Virus genome (UHGV): UHGV-1362809
DNA length: 64,000 bases
DNA from: a virus
Direction: 5' to 3' (one strand)
This document shows, one piece after another, positions 33,487-43,144 of this stretch (positions are counted from its first letter, which is position 1; each line of letters opens with the position of its first letter). Both the position numbers and the translations under genes were made by a program. The notes below the pieces were generated by a model that did not search any database, was not told where the DNA came from, and saw nothing but the letters and a program-made list of their open reading frames with translations.

Positions 33487-35202
33487 ATGTATAAAGAACC
33501 TGTGATGGAATTGTTGAAAGATTGTTGTCGAAAAGACTTGAGTAGCTTACTCGGTTTTTTACGGGAACGTGTTGTAGACCAGCCCTTTTATGCGTGCGTG
33601 ACGAACGACAACGAGCTGGTACTGGGTAAACGGTTTTTTACTCTCAATCAAAAACAACGTACTTTTGCTATTTTACATGAGCTGTTGCATATTAGCTATG
33701 GACATTTCAAGTTTTACAAAGCGGGTGTAAATCACAAAGTTATGAATATAGCTAATGATGCTGTTATCAATGAAGCTATTTTGCTCGGTAAGATAGTACC
33801 TGTGGAATATGTGCAGGCGGTTGACGGTATTCCTTTGTTAAAGAATACGGTGTACCGAAATAAGGACAATTTGGTTGCCTTTTGTAAGAGCTATTATGGT
33901 AATTTAAGACAGGGAGACCTTACAGACGGGTGGTTTAAACGGTATCTTACTTCCTCTATTGTGTACAAGGTATTGATGGAATCCCCTGTACCAGAGGTTC
34001 CTAAGGTTAGTCCTCGTAAATCTAACAGCCAAAACAGTCAGGATACAAATCAAAATACTGGTTCTGACGATAACAATGTTAAACAGGAGAATAATGATGA
34101 ATACAAAGACGAACACAAAGCAAACGGCAAAGAAGATGATGCTGAAAATACAGGGGATGAAGAATCCACAGGGGAAAGTGGAGGTTCGGATTACAGCCCC
34201 GACCGAGATTATGACGAAACCGAGTGTGATGGACAAGATAGCCAAGATAGCCGAGATAGTGAAGCAGATATAGACCTCGATGATGAGTCAGACCAAGATG
34301 ACGAAACACAGTCTGATGATGGGTCAGATTCTGATGACGAGTTAGACCAAGACGATGAAGCACAATCGAACAACGAATCTCAAAATAGTGACACGCAGGG
34401 GGAACAACCAGACCCCCTGCAATATGAACCTGTAGCTTTTGACCTTGAGAGCTTGGGTCAAGAATACCAAGACGATTTTGACGGTGCGTCTAACCCGTTT
34501 GAAGTGTACAAAAACTGTGACGGACAGTTTGACAACAGCAATCAGATTTGTGGTGGTTTGAGTTCCGACGAAGCCTATGAAAACGGTTATAATGCGTATC
34601 TTGTTAAAGAGGCATTATCAAGAAATATCGACTGGAAATCGGTTGTAAAGACGTGTATTGCACAGTCAAAAAAGACTATAAAGCAATATGGTTTTAGTGT
34701 TCCTAATCGTCGGAACTACAAACTGCAGCAGGTTACCCAGTCTAAGGTACAGCTCCCCAATCAATGTAGCACTCAACCCGTTCCTACGGTGCATATTTAT
34801 GTGGATACCTCGACAAGTGTGTCTGACTACAGTTTGGCGTGTATGATATATGAGATTAAGGATATCTACAAATTTAGCGGGAACATTGATTTGACTGTAC
34901 GGTTCTTTACTGAATATGTGTACGGGGAAATGAATACCAAAGCCAAAACCTTCAACTATCGTAATATGCCTAAATTGAGGCGTGGTGGAACCAGTTTTAA
35001 CGCTATTTATGCGCAGTACTACAGTCCTAATGGAGAAGTACACCATAAAATTCCCGATGTTTGTGTGGTAATTACGGACGGTTATTGTTGGATTGATAAC
35101 CAATTCTTACCCCTTCCCCTTGGACGTAAGACTGTATGGGTAACTGATAGAACGATGCGTATGCCCAACCCCAAATGTATCAACGTAGTAAGACCTTTTT
35201 AA
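33487..35202 (+). CDS. MoxR partner protein: N-terminal HExxH metallopeptidase-like domain, acidic linker, C-terminal VWA-like domain
   Basis: ILHELLHISYGH (HExxH); ~150-aa D/E/S-rich linker; VHIYVDTSTSVSDYS (DxSxS MIDAS-like). Start chosen at ATG 33487 (gaggtagct RBS); alternatives are 33454 and 33460. Confidence 0.65.
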   Translation: MYKEPVMELLKDCCRKDLSSLLGFLRERVVDQPFYACVTNDNELVLGKRFFTLNQKQRTFAILHELLHISYGHFKFYKAGVNHKVMNIANDAVINEAILLGKIVPVEYVQAVDGIPLLKNTVYRNKDNLVAFCKSYYGNLRQGDLTDGWFKRYLTSSIVYKVLMESPVPEVPKVSPRKSNSQNSQDTNQNTGSDDNNVKQENNDEYKDEHKANGKEDDAENTGDEESTGESGGSDYSPDRDYDETECDGQDSQDSRDSEADIDLDDESDQDDETQSDDGSDSDDELDQDDEAQSNNESQNSDTQGEQPDPLQYEPVAFDLESLGQEYQDDFDGASNPFEVYKNCDGQFDNSNQICGGLSSDEAYENGYNAYLVKEALSRNIDWKSVVKTCIAQSKKTIKQYGFSVPNRRNYKLQQVTQSKVQLPNQCSTQPVPTVHIYVDTSTSVSDYSLACMIYEIKDIYKFSGNIDLTVRFFTEYVYGEMNTKAKTFNYRNMPKLRRGGTSFNAIYAQYYSPNGEVHHKIPDVCVVITDGYCWIDNQFLPLPLGRKTVWVTDRTMRMPNPKCINVVRPF

Positions 35203-35213
35203 GGAGACGAAGA

Positions 35214-35918
35214 ATGTATTGTATTGTTAATGCTCAAACCCCGATTTCAACGTGGGAAAACTTGGACGACGCCTTACTCAACATTATTGCCTTATCAAAG
35301 TTTACACAACCAGAGCAGTTTGACGATAGCTCTTGGAGTATTGTGGACAACTATTTTGCAGGGTGCAACTTGGACGAACTACCCAGAGTAACAATTTCTT
35401 CACAGGTAAAATGTTGTTCCCATTGTGGTCTTCTTTATCCTCTTAGTTGGTTTGTTGGGGCGCGTAAATCCCATCGTGTTACAAAGGAATGTAAAGCCTG
35501 TAGGCAAGACCGTGCTGTCAGACATGGTGGGTTTGCCAAATCAAAACCGCAAGGATGGAAACCATTTAGGATGATGACCATCGAGGAAAAACGACAGTAT
35601 TTTAAGGACAGAGGTTTTACTACCAAACGTCCTGGCAGGGATACGCCCAAAGTAGTGCAAATTAAAGAACCTTCTGCTATTGAAAAGCGATACATGGAAA
35701 ATGGTGTAAATATGTTTAGGTGGTCGCTGTGGTACTACGACCTAACTTCTACACCTGTTGTTGATAAGATGATATGGGATTTGGAGTGTCCGTCCAAGGT
35801 ACAGTGTAAACACGAAGGAGTAGTGGCTGATAAAGGGTGGCGTTTTATTGTGTATGCGACATCAAAGGAAAAGGCTATAGAAAAGGTGCAACAGTACATT
35901 TCTAAAATGGCTGCCTAA
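35214..35918 (+). CDS. hypothetical Cys-rich protein (234 aa)
   Basis: ATG 35214 after taaggagacgaaga; CCSHCG...CKACR zinc-ribbon-like. Confidence 0.55.
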   Translation: MYCIVNAQTPISTWENLDDALLNIIALSKFTQPEQFDDSSWSIVDNYFAGCNLDELPRVTISSQVKCCSHCGLLYPLSWFVGARKSHRVTKECKACRQDRAVRHGGFAKSKPQGWKPFRMMTIEEKRQYFKDRGFTTKRPGRDTPKVVQIKEPSAIEKRYMENGVNMFRWSLWYYDLTSTPVVDKMIWDLECPSKVQCKHEGVVADKGWRFIVYATSKEKAIEKVQQYISKMAA

Positions 35919-35941
35919 TTACCTATTGCAAGGAGAATGAT

Positions 35942-36292
35942 ATGAATTTAGATAAACCTCTTAATACCGTGATGGGTGTGCAAGTTCCCCGTGAACAACG
36001 GTACAAGAGATTGACAGACCCAAAGTCATTATTTACGCAACCTGCTGATATTCCATTTTCGTTTTATGACGGGGCTAATTGTATTGGTAGAAATGCGTAT
36101 GATGATAGTTGTCAGAACCACGTTCCTTCTATCAAAAATTTCTTAGACTATTTGTATGAATGTAAGCCTATAGGGTTTAAGGAATTTGAAAAAGACCATA
36201 TTTGGACTTACATAGATGTTGCTTTTGATTTTGGGGAGATTGTGGATGAGTACCTCAGATCTGTTAAAGGCACGGTCAAAAAACCAGTTTAA
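35942..36292 (+). CDS. hypothetical protein (116 aa)
   Basis: RBS caaggagaatgat-ATG. Confidence 0.5.
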   Translation: MNLDKPLNTVMGVQVPREQRYKRLTDPKSLFTQPADIPFSFYDGANCIGRNAYDDSCQNHVPSIKNFLDYLYECKPIGFKEFEKDHIWTYIDVAFDFGEIVDEYLRSVKGTVKKPV

Positions 36293-36875
36293 CTGGATGT
36301 GCAGAAAAATACCGAGACCTACTGATGAACAATACGAGGAATGGGTCAGGACTAAGGACTACGACGCTATTGTGTACCATAGTATACCTCTAATAGCTTA
36401 TATTTTGAGAATACACCTTGGTACATACGACGATTATTTAGACATTGTGCAGTCCTGTATAGTGCGTATACTAGAAGTATTGCCCAAATTTGATCTTCAA
36501 AAAGGGTGTAAATTGACTTCCTGGTTGTTTGTGATAATCAAGCATTTTGTGTACAACTATACTCGCTCTGCCGCATACCACGTATCTTTGAATAGTTTGA
36601 TAGGGGATAGCGACGATTGTGTGCAGGATTTTTTGATTGACTCATCTCCAACGCCGCACGAAACTGTACAACGCAGGAGTGATTCTCAACATTTTTATGC
36701 CAAGGTTTGCAGAATTCTTAAACCGTGCAACGAAAGAGACAGAAAAATGATGTTGGAGTACATATTTTCTGACCAGTCGATTACTCAAGCGGATATAGCT
36801 CGTAAGTATGGAGTGTCAAGACAGTACTTTTCACAGGTGTTTTTCAAGAGATTTAGCAATTACAAGAGAGGTTAA
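36246..36875 (+). CDS. sigma-70 family (ECF-like) RNA polymerase sigma factor
   Basis: Region-2-like CIVRILEVLPKFD...LTSWLFVIIKHFVYNY and region-4 HTH ITQADIARKYGVSRQYFSQVF. Start ambiguous (36246 overlaps upstream gene; alternative ATG 36297). Confidence 0.6.
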   Translation: MSTSDLLKARSKNQFNWMCRKIPRPTDEQYEEWVRTKDYDAIVYHSIPLIAYILRIHLGTYDDYLDIVQSCIVRILEVLPKFDLQKGCKLTSWLFVIIKHFVYNYTRSAAYHVSLNSLIGDSDDCVQDFLIDSSPTPHETVQRRSDSQHFYAKVCRILKPCNERDRKMMLEYIFSDQSITQADIARKYGVSRQYFSQVFFKRFSNYKRG

Positions 36876-36876
36876 G

Positions 36877-37299
36877 ATGATTTGGTATGTGATTATACCT
36901 TGTATGGCGTTGTTTGGGTTCGGTTTTATGAAACTGTTAGACGTGTGCTACTCTAAGAGTTTAGCTCTTTTAGATAGACATAGTATAAAATATGACAGTA
37001 GAGGGGTACCATTGAACCTCGACTTGCCGGAACAAATCGTACAACACCTGTTAGACTTACAAAAACAGGGTTTGGAAATTAGTTGGGATCAGTGGTGGTG
37101 TTATAGAGATGAATACTGGGCTAATGGTGCCTTATGGTTTCCCTCGCTTCCCAACGTTAAATCCACTATCAAACTAAACGAAGACGGTAGTGGGTTTACT
37201 GACCTAAAAAATAGACCGATAAAAGTGTTTTCTGACCATGGATATTGGTACTATTTTGACTTAGATACAGGAAAAAAGACGTACTGTATTTTTGGATAA
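36877..37299 (+). CDS. membrane protein (140 aa)
   Basis: ATG 36877 after gagaggttaag; N-terminal TM helix. Confidence 0.5.
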   Translation: MIWYVIIPCMALFGFGFMKLLDVCYSKSLALLDRHSIKYDSRGVPLNLDLPEQIVQHLLDLQKQGLEISWDQWWCYRDEYWANGALWFPSLPNVKSTIKLNEDGSGFTDLKNRPIKVFSDHGYWYYFDLDTGKKTYCIFG

Positions 37300-37327
37300 C
37301 AGTGTACAGGCAATACTGTAAATAAAC

Positions 37328-38164
37328 ATGGGTGGAATGCACCTAACTTTTGATAAATGGAGAACTGATATGAAATTGGTAGAATGTTTCAACACGAATT
37401 TTGAACCTCGTTTGTGGCAGGTAGATGAGTTTAGTAAATATAGACCCGCTTTGCAAACGGAGCGAGACCTTGGTAGAGTGTTGAGTGATAAACGTGCGAA
37501 GTATAAATATAAGCTGGAAAAGGCTAATTTGTGTAGTGACGAAGATGCAAAGTCCAAAATTATGCACAGCGCCAATGATATGCGCAAGGTAATTTTTAAG
37601 CTTAATAAGGCTAAGGAAGAAGCCACCAAAGAAGTATATGCCGACCCTATGGTAAGACACTATATTCGTTGCCAGAGACTGTGCGACAAAGATACTGCTG
37701 GTAACATTGTCAGAATGATTTATTTCAACCTTGCAGGCTGTACTTTTGACGAAGCGATGTCGTATGTGAAACAGTCACAGGATCCCGTAAAATGCTGGAT
37801 GGAACTGGAAAACTACACAAAACAAACTTTGTGCCTGTGGTCAGCATTTTTCAACAATGTTTATTACACAGGTGAAGAAGCCGAAAAGGTAATTGACGAG
37901 GCTCACAAAGTAAAAGGCAGTTATCACCCCAAGGTTTTGTGCTGGTTTAGTGAGTGTTCTGATTCCACCCGTGACTTTTTGTTTGGCACTAATTTTGACC
38001 GTTTGTGCAGTGCTATTAAACAGAATAATTGGATGGGTAGAAACTCGAAATTGCAGTATGACGGTATGTCATTTGTAAACAATGTCACTATGGAAAAAAC
38101 AGGTAAAGAATACTCAAGCTTCGCTAAGTTGGTTGGTTATATTTATCAAGGGATTAAGCCATGA
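37328..38164 (+). CDS. hypothetical protein (278 aa)
   Basis: ORF. Confidence 0.55.
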   Translation: MGGMHLTFDKWRTDMKLVECFNTNFEPRLWQVDEFSKYRPALQTERDLGRVLSDKRAKYKYKLEKANLCSDEDAKSKIMHSANDMRKVIFKLNKAKEEATKEVYADPMVRHYIRCQRLCDKDTAGNIVRMIYFNLAGCTFDEAMSYVKQSQDPVKCWMELENYTKQTLCLWSAFFNNVYYTGEEAEKVIDEAHKVKGSYHPKVLCWFSECSDSTRDFLFGTNFDRLCSAIKQNNWMGRNSKLQYDGMSFVNNVTMEKTGKEYSSFAKLVGYIYQGIKP

Positions 38165-38418
38165 AATACATTGTGTTGTTAGAGAATGATTACCCGCACG
38201 GGTATGGAGTAGTATGTCCTGACTTGCCTGGATGTGTTACTTGTGGTGACACTCAAAAGGAAGCGTTGAAAAATATGAAGGAAGCAATTACTTTGTATTT
38301 GTATGAAGAAACACCTCCTAAACCGAGTACTTTGGACGAAATTAAAACAAATTGGAACGATTGGGGCGATTGGAAAGCTCATCGTGACTTTACAGTAGAG
38401 GAAATTGACTATGAATGA
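38161..38418 (+). CDS. HicB-like (UPF0150) antitoxin-fold protein (85 aa)
   Basis: YGVVCPDLPGCVTCGDTQKEALKNMKEAITLYL matches the HicB family signature (FPDLPGC..G.T.EEA); no HicA partner visible. Confidence 0.6.
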   Translation: MKYIVLLENDYPHGYGVVCPDLPGCVTCGDTQKEALKNMKEAITLYLYEETPPKPSTLDEIKTNWNDWGDWKAHRDFTVEEIDYE

Positions 38419-39265
38419 AAAAGAATACATTTTGGTAGATCCTATTGAACTGTTGCCTAAACAAAGTGTTGCACGTTTTGACTTGTGGTCAGACCATATT
38501 GAAGACGATTTTAGGGAACATTTAAGTTATTTGTATCCCGACTCCGAGTTTAAACTGTTTAGAACACGATGTTTTTGCTTTTCCAAACCTATTGGCACGC
38601 CTACTGGCGTGTTTACTTTGACCAGTCATAGCGGTTGGTTGTGCATGGCGCAAGTATCTACCTCCTTGGCTCCTGCACTGCTGTTGACGAACGCACCCTT
38701 CGTAAAATTTAATGCTCGTAATCCTCAGTTGAAATTTTCCTTTATTAAAGGCGAGACAGGGGTGACTTTCAAAGTTATTGACGAGGGTGAACGAATTGTT
38801 CTTTGCAGTGAAAACCTGTATGACGATGTGTTGCGCAAAGAGTTTGAGTCCATCCTCCCTCCCAACGTAAATACTTCTGGTATTTATGGTTTGCATCTTG
38901 AAACAGTATCAACTATTGTAGATTGGGCTATTTCTAACAACACTCACGGCGTATACAAAGTCGGGTTTGAAGGAGTGTGCGGCAAGTCAGTTACAGCGGC
39001 AACCATTTCGTACCAATGGGAAAAACAGGGTGTGACGTTTGGTTATACGTGCTGCGATAACTGGGCTACTGCTTCCATAATTAACAACCTAAACAAGACT
39101 TACGGGTGTCATCTTAAAACGGTGTTGACCAACAACATACACAATAAAGGAGACGTGCTGTTTGTGGAGCATTTCAACCCCAGTGACGAACTGCTTAAAA
39201 AGTTAAAGGCTAAGTGGAATATCATTATTATTCTCAATGACGATAATTACACAGTTCAGGAGTAA
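38411..39265 (+). CDS. hypothetical protein (284 aa)
   Basis: ATG 38411 after gaggaaattgact. Confidence 0.5.
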   Translation: MNEKEYILVDPIELLPKQSVARFDLWSDHIEDDFREHLSYLYPDSEFKLFRTRCFCFSKPIGTPTGVFTLTSHSGWLCMAQVSTSLAPALLLTNAPFVKFNARNPQLKFSFIKGETGVTFKVIDEGERIVLCSENLYDDVLRKEFESILPPNVNTSGIYGLHLETVSTIVDWAISNNTHGVYKVGFEGVCGKSVTAATISYQWEKQGVTFGYTCCDNWATASIINNLNKTYGCHLKTVLTNNIHNKGDVLFVEHFNPSDELLKKLKAKWNIIIILNDDNYTVQE

Positions 39266-39267
39266 AG

Positions 39268-39612
39268 ATGATTAAACAGGAATATCAGCTGTTAGATGCA
39301 GTGATTATGTTAAACGAGTACCTCCGTACCAGTAAACAGCAGGATAGAATTATTACCTTGGGGTATGGTTCTAATGCGGATTACTTGGGTGCAATCAAAG
39401 AGTTTGCGGATAATCATCCTGATAAAGTGTGTGGTTTCTTTGGTGACGATACTGACGCCGAAATTATGACAAAGAATCAAGCCAAGGTTGTTATCCTGGA
39501 TTCCTTGTCTCCAATCGAGGTGGACTATGTGTTTGTAACAGAGGGTTGTTTGTACAAACTTGATTGTATCGCTAAGGCAATTCCTTATTGTACCATTGTT
39601 GCACTGGGTTAA
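39268..39612 (+). CDS. hypothetical protein (114 aa)
   Basis: RBS caggagtaaag-ATG. Confidence 0.5.
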   Translation: MIKQEYQLLDAVIMLNEYLRTSKQQDRIITLGYGSNADYLGAIKEFADNHPDKVCGFFGDDTDAEIMTKNQAKVVILDSLSPIEVDYVFVTEGCLYKLDCIAKAIPYCTIVALG

Positions 39613-39627
39613 TATATCTAAGCACAC

Positions 39628-39663
39628 GGGCGTATCCTAAATACAGGGGTACGCCCGATTTTG
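39628..39663 (+). terminator. rho-independent terminator
   Basis: cgggcgta...tacgcccg followed by attttgtgtg. Confidence 0.6.
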
Positions 39664-39832
39664 TGTGTATCGGTGGAATTTATTACATATTTGAGGACTT
39701 ATGAAAAGAGAAGATGTGATTGTGTATGTGTTTTTGTTGTTGACTTGCTCTTTTATATTTGGTATAATTGGTTATCAAATGGGTAAATATGACACCATTG
39801 AACGGTGTGGATGTGAGCATAGGACGTAGGAA

Positions 39833-40390
39833 ATGACTGATTTTAATGATACCCTTAAAAAGATGGGTTTTATATCTAACAAGTGGTATGTGGGGATACC
39901 TATTCCTGGACATTATGATATATATGTAGAATATAAACAAAAGATGTACGACGATAGTCTTAATAATGGTGACTTTGAGAGGTGCATAAGTATTGTAGAG
40001 CGTCCTTACCGATTTCAAGAGTTCGTGGATTTGATGTGGAAAATGACTCCTAAACAGCGGTTTGAATGTCTTAGGTATGTTTGGACTGATTGTGAAGAAC
40101 CATACATCAATATAGACGTGTGGAAAATCGTGTTTGAGGATGACTCCATACAGTCTTACTTACAGGATACCCTTACGGATCTACCAGACGAAGTAGTTAT
40201 ATACCGTGGTATTTCTTATAAAGGTGCGACTTTAGACACAGGTATAAGCTGGATACTATCTAAAAGGGTAGCTAAAAAGTTTGCATTTAGATGGGGAGAC
40301 AAGGGTAAAGTGATATCCAAAAAGGTGCATAAATCGGATTTAAAGGCATATTTTAATGACCGTAACGAGCAGGAGGTAATATACTGGTGA
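39833..40390 (+). CDS. hypothetical protein (185 aa); possible ADP-ribosyltransferase-like R-S-ExE arrangement
   Basis: VIYRG...GISWILS...NEQEVIYW at the C-terminus; speculative. Confidence 0.45.
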   Translation: MTDFNDTLKKMGFISNKWYVGIPIPGHYDIYVEYKQKMYDDSLNNGDFERCISIVERPYRFQEFVDLMWKMTPKQRFECLRYVWTDCEEPYINIDVWKIVFEDDSIQSYLQDTLTDLPDEVVIYRGISYKGATLDTGISWILSKRVAKKFAFRWGDKGKVISKKVHKSDLKAYFNDRNEQEVIYW

Positions 40391-41475
40391 AATACTTTGA
40401 ATTTTTGGTAATTGGCGACGTGCATCTGGAGGCTCATTCTCGTTATTCTTTATTAGAGGACTGGGTTACCCCTGTGTCACGGGTAATGACTCAAGTTAAG
40501 GACTATGCTAAAAGAGAAGGCATCAAAACAATAATTCAGCTTGGTGACGTGTTTAATTCACCCTACCCGCTTAAAACTACCCAAATTGCGTGGTTAAAGA
40601 TGTTAGACCCAGATTTTGATTGGCATATTATTATGGGAAATCACGACTATGTGTACGAAGAAGCTGATGGTAATCAAGAACTGGGTGAATCCAACGCCTA
40701 TACACTGCTGGAATACTTTGAACAAATGGGGGCTTTACCGCATATTCATTACTATCTTAAACCCACATACAAAAAACTGGGTGGCATTCCGTTCAATTTC
40801 TTACCCTTTCCTTATACGCAACCTAAGGCTAAGTTCAGAGATGAAAACACAGGAAAATCGTCTATCAAGATTGGTCACTACGAGGTAGGTGGGTACAAGA
40901 TGGACAACGGGTTTGACATCAAATCGACGAACAAAGCAGATAGGTTGACAATACTCGGTCATATCCATACTCCTCAGTTTCCTTTGTATCCTGGGAGTTT
41001 GATTCAGTGTAATTTTGGGGAATCCCCTAAAAAGCAGTTTTGGCACTGCACTGCGGTTCTTAAGAAGGGTCATTTAAGGGTTGAAAAAAAGGTTGTTCCT
41101 ATTGTGCTTCCTTTTCAGCTGGTAAATGTTCAAGTCAATAATGACGAGGACTTGAAGCAGTTAGATAACTATAAGGACGATACAACGCACAAATATCTGT
41201 TGAAGTTAATTGTCAATAAAGACGTTGTTCTACCTGCCGACCTAAAAATACGGTACAACAATATAGAGTCTATTGTTGGGTGTAATTCAAAACAACAGGC
41301 TCTAGCGTTAGAAAAAGGAGTACTTATAGACAATGAAGTAAATTCTAACCTGCTAGATGAGAAAAAACTACTCAAAAAATATCTCAAAAACTCAGGTCTT
41401 AGTAAAGAGGACATAAAAACCTCTATAAAAATAATCAATTCAATCAAACCATTTAGCACAGGAGAAGCAAAATGA
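40387..41475 (+). CDS. calcineurin-like metallophosphoesterase (Mre11/SbcD-like)
   Basis: GDVHLE, QLGDVFN, IIMGNHDY, GHIHTPQ phosphoesterase motifs in order; no Rad50/SbcC partner seen. Confidence 0.7.
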   Translation: MKYFEFLVIGDVHLEAHSRYSLLEDWVTPVSRVMTQVKDYAKREGIKTIIQLGDVFNSPYPLKTTQIAWLKMLDPDFDWHIIMGNHDYVYEEADGNQELGESNAYTLLEYFEQMGALPHIHYYLKPTYKKLGGIPFNFLPFPYTQPKAKFRDENTGKSSIKIGHYEVGGYKMDNGFDIKSTNKADRLTILGHIHTPQFPLYPGSLIQCNFGESPKKQFWHCTAVLKKGHLRVEKKVVPIVLPFQLVNVQVNNDEDLKQLDNYKDDTTHKYLLKLIVNKDVVLPADLKIRYNNIESIVGCNSKQQALALEKGVLIDNEVNSNLLDEKKLLKKYLKNSGLSKEDIKTSIKIINSIKPFSTGEAK

Positions 41476-41681
41476 AGCTAAAAATTGGTACTTATGTTAG
41501 AATACAGGATAAAGTGTACAGAGTACACACTACGTTTGATTGGGAATGTTATCCTACAGGTTGGTTGGAACACTATGAATATGTAGTAGATTTAAGTAAG
41601 GAGGAACGGTTTAACGAGTGGATTAAGTACCTTGTGTCTAATAACTATCTATGCCCGTTAGACATTGTTGACCTAAAATAA
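41472..41681 (+). CDS. hypothetical protein (69 aa)
   Basis: ATGA overlap. Confidence 0.45.
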   Translation: MKLKIGTYVRIQDKVYRVHTTFDWECYPTGWLEHYEYVVDLSKEERFNEWIKYLVSNNYLCPLDIVDLK

Positions 41682-41684
41682 TGG

Positions 41685-41713
41685 TTGACATTGCTGGTTG
41701 ACTGTGGTAGTAT
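41685..41713 (+). promoter_or_regulatory. sigma70-like promoter
   Basis: ttgaca, 17-nt spacer, tagtat. Confidence 0.4.
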
Positions 41714-41761
41714 AGAATATAGTTGCGATTGTGCGACGGTAGATGATGAAAGGAAACTAAA

Positions 41762-42313
41762 ATGAAAAAGATGTTGATTGCGTTGTTGTTGGCACTGTTA
41801 CCTATGAAAGCTAATGGTGCAGTTTACACAGGGGACGAGGTATTAAAACTTATAACGAATGCCGACAGTATGAGAGCAGACTTAAAAGCCCATAATTGTC
41901 AAAATCTCGAAAATTATGTGTTTGCCTCTCCGTTGTACGGACTGAATGAAGCCAAGGTTAAGTACGTTGCAGCTATGTGGATTCCTGTGCAGGATTCCCC
42001 TGCAGCCGTTTTTAGTGCAGCAGGTTTACCCTTTGTGTTATTGTACTCCATTAACTCTGTAACCGAACCCGCATTGGCTTCTTTTGTTAAGGATTATTCC
42101 TGTAAAATCAAGCCGGACAAAATAACGTTGTATTTTAAGAACTCACAGGAGACGTTTAGAATTGACTTTAAGGCGGAAAATGATACAATTTTACTGCCCC
42201 AAGGGGAGGGTCATACGGATCACGGACAAAAAGAGGAAGACGGCTACTACAGTGGTATAGCTCTTGAGTACGATGGGCTTATTAAACGTTGGCTGATGTT
42301 TTTGGCTGATTGA
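41762..42313 (+). CDS. secreted/periplasmic protein (183 aa)
   Basis: N-terminal signal peptide MKKMLIALLLALLPMKANG. Confidence 0.55.
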   Translation: MKKMLIALLLALLPMKANGAVYTGDEVLKLITNADSMRADLKAHNCQNLENYVFASPLYGLNEAKVKYVAAMWIPVQDSPAAVFSAAGLPFVLLYSINSVTEPALASFVKDYSCKIKPDKITLYFKNSQETFRIDFKAENDTILLPQGEGHTDHGQKEEDGYYSGIALEYDGLIKRWLMFLAD

Positions 42314-42335
42314 TATATGCTGACTGGTAATACAA

Positions 42336-42366
42336 GGTGCAATCTAAACAAGGTTGCACCTTTTTT
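42336..42366 (+). terminator. rho-independent terminator
   Basis: ggtgcaa...ttgcacc followed by ttttttg; followed by a promoter. Confidence 0.7.
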
Positions 42367-42367
42367 G

Positions 42368-42395
42368 TTGACATTTTGGGTGGATTTGTTATAAT
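42368..42395 (+). promoter_or_regulatory. sigma70-like promoter
   Basis: ttgaca, 16-nt spacer, tataat. Confidence 0.55.
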
Positions 42396-42435
42396 ATAAT
42401 AATGGTAATATACTTTGAATGAAAGGAGAACTACT

Positions 42436-42615
42436 ATGTCACAACAGGATACAGCGTGGGTTGTTACCGAATTGTCTATCACGGGTTTTGAAACTAAGAA
42501 AGAAGCAGAATCCTATATTAAAAGAAACGGTGGAGTATTGTTTACTGACAGAGAAGAGGCAGAAGACGAATACTATAGTTTAAGAGACCCAAGAAATTTC
42601 TTCTGGGAACCCTAA
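42436..42615 (+). CDS. hypothetical protein (59 aa)
   Basis: ATG 42436 after gaaaggagaactact. Confidence 0.45.
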   Translation: MSQQDTAWVVTELSITGFETKKEAESYIKRNGGVLFTDREEAEDEYYSLRDPRNFFWEP

Positions 42616-42676
42616 ACAAAGAAGGGTAAAATCAAACGAACAGGAATATGTACATCTAGAGATATGGAGAAATGTC

Positions 42677-43144
42677 ATGAAACGATTTGTAGTTTTAGCG
42701 CTTATGTTGGGTTTGACAGGATGCGTACATTTTGACCCAGACGCCCAAAGATTGTTCACCGAGGAAGTATGGTTGAATATCGAAGGCGAGGATCCTTCAT
42801 ATACTTATTTGACTCCTGGACGAGTTGTTGTAACGGACGACTGGTGCGGTGGTGACCAAGCCCTGCGATTTGTACCGACCAAAGGAAAACAAAGTTATGC
42901 GGATTACTTTGGTAGTGGAGTTTTCTTTCCCCTCGGTGCAACAATAGACCCCGTTGTAGTGTGTACGGAGTTTAAAAAACGTCGGGGCATGTATGTGGTG
43001 GGCTACAAGAACCAACCTCTTAATTATATCGCTTTCGACTGGACTGTGCAACAGGTGCTGAAACAATCTAAAGAAGCAGCTAAATCGTGCAACTTAAAAG
43101 CGGGTCAGGACTACCGTATCAAATGTAAGGAGGCTTGGAAATGA
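42677..43144 (+). CDS. putative lipoprotein (155 aa)
   Basis: Signal peptide with lipobox LTGC. Confidence 0.55.
   Translation: MKRFVVLALMLGLTGCVHFDPDAQRLFTEEVWLNIEGEDPSYTYLTPGRVVVTDDWCGGDQALRFVPTKGKQSYADYFGSGVFFPLGATIDPVVVCTEFKKRRGMYVVGYKNQPLNYIAFDWTVQQVLKQSKEAAKSCNLKAGQDYRIKCKEAWK

Noticed and set aside
40387-41475. SbcCD/Mre11-Rad50 complex
   Set aside because: Only the phosphoesterase subunit is present. No Rad50/SbcC-like ATPase is adjacent, so it is called only a generic Mre11/SbcD-like phosphoesterase.
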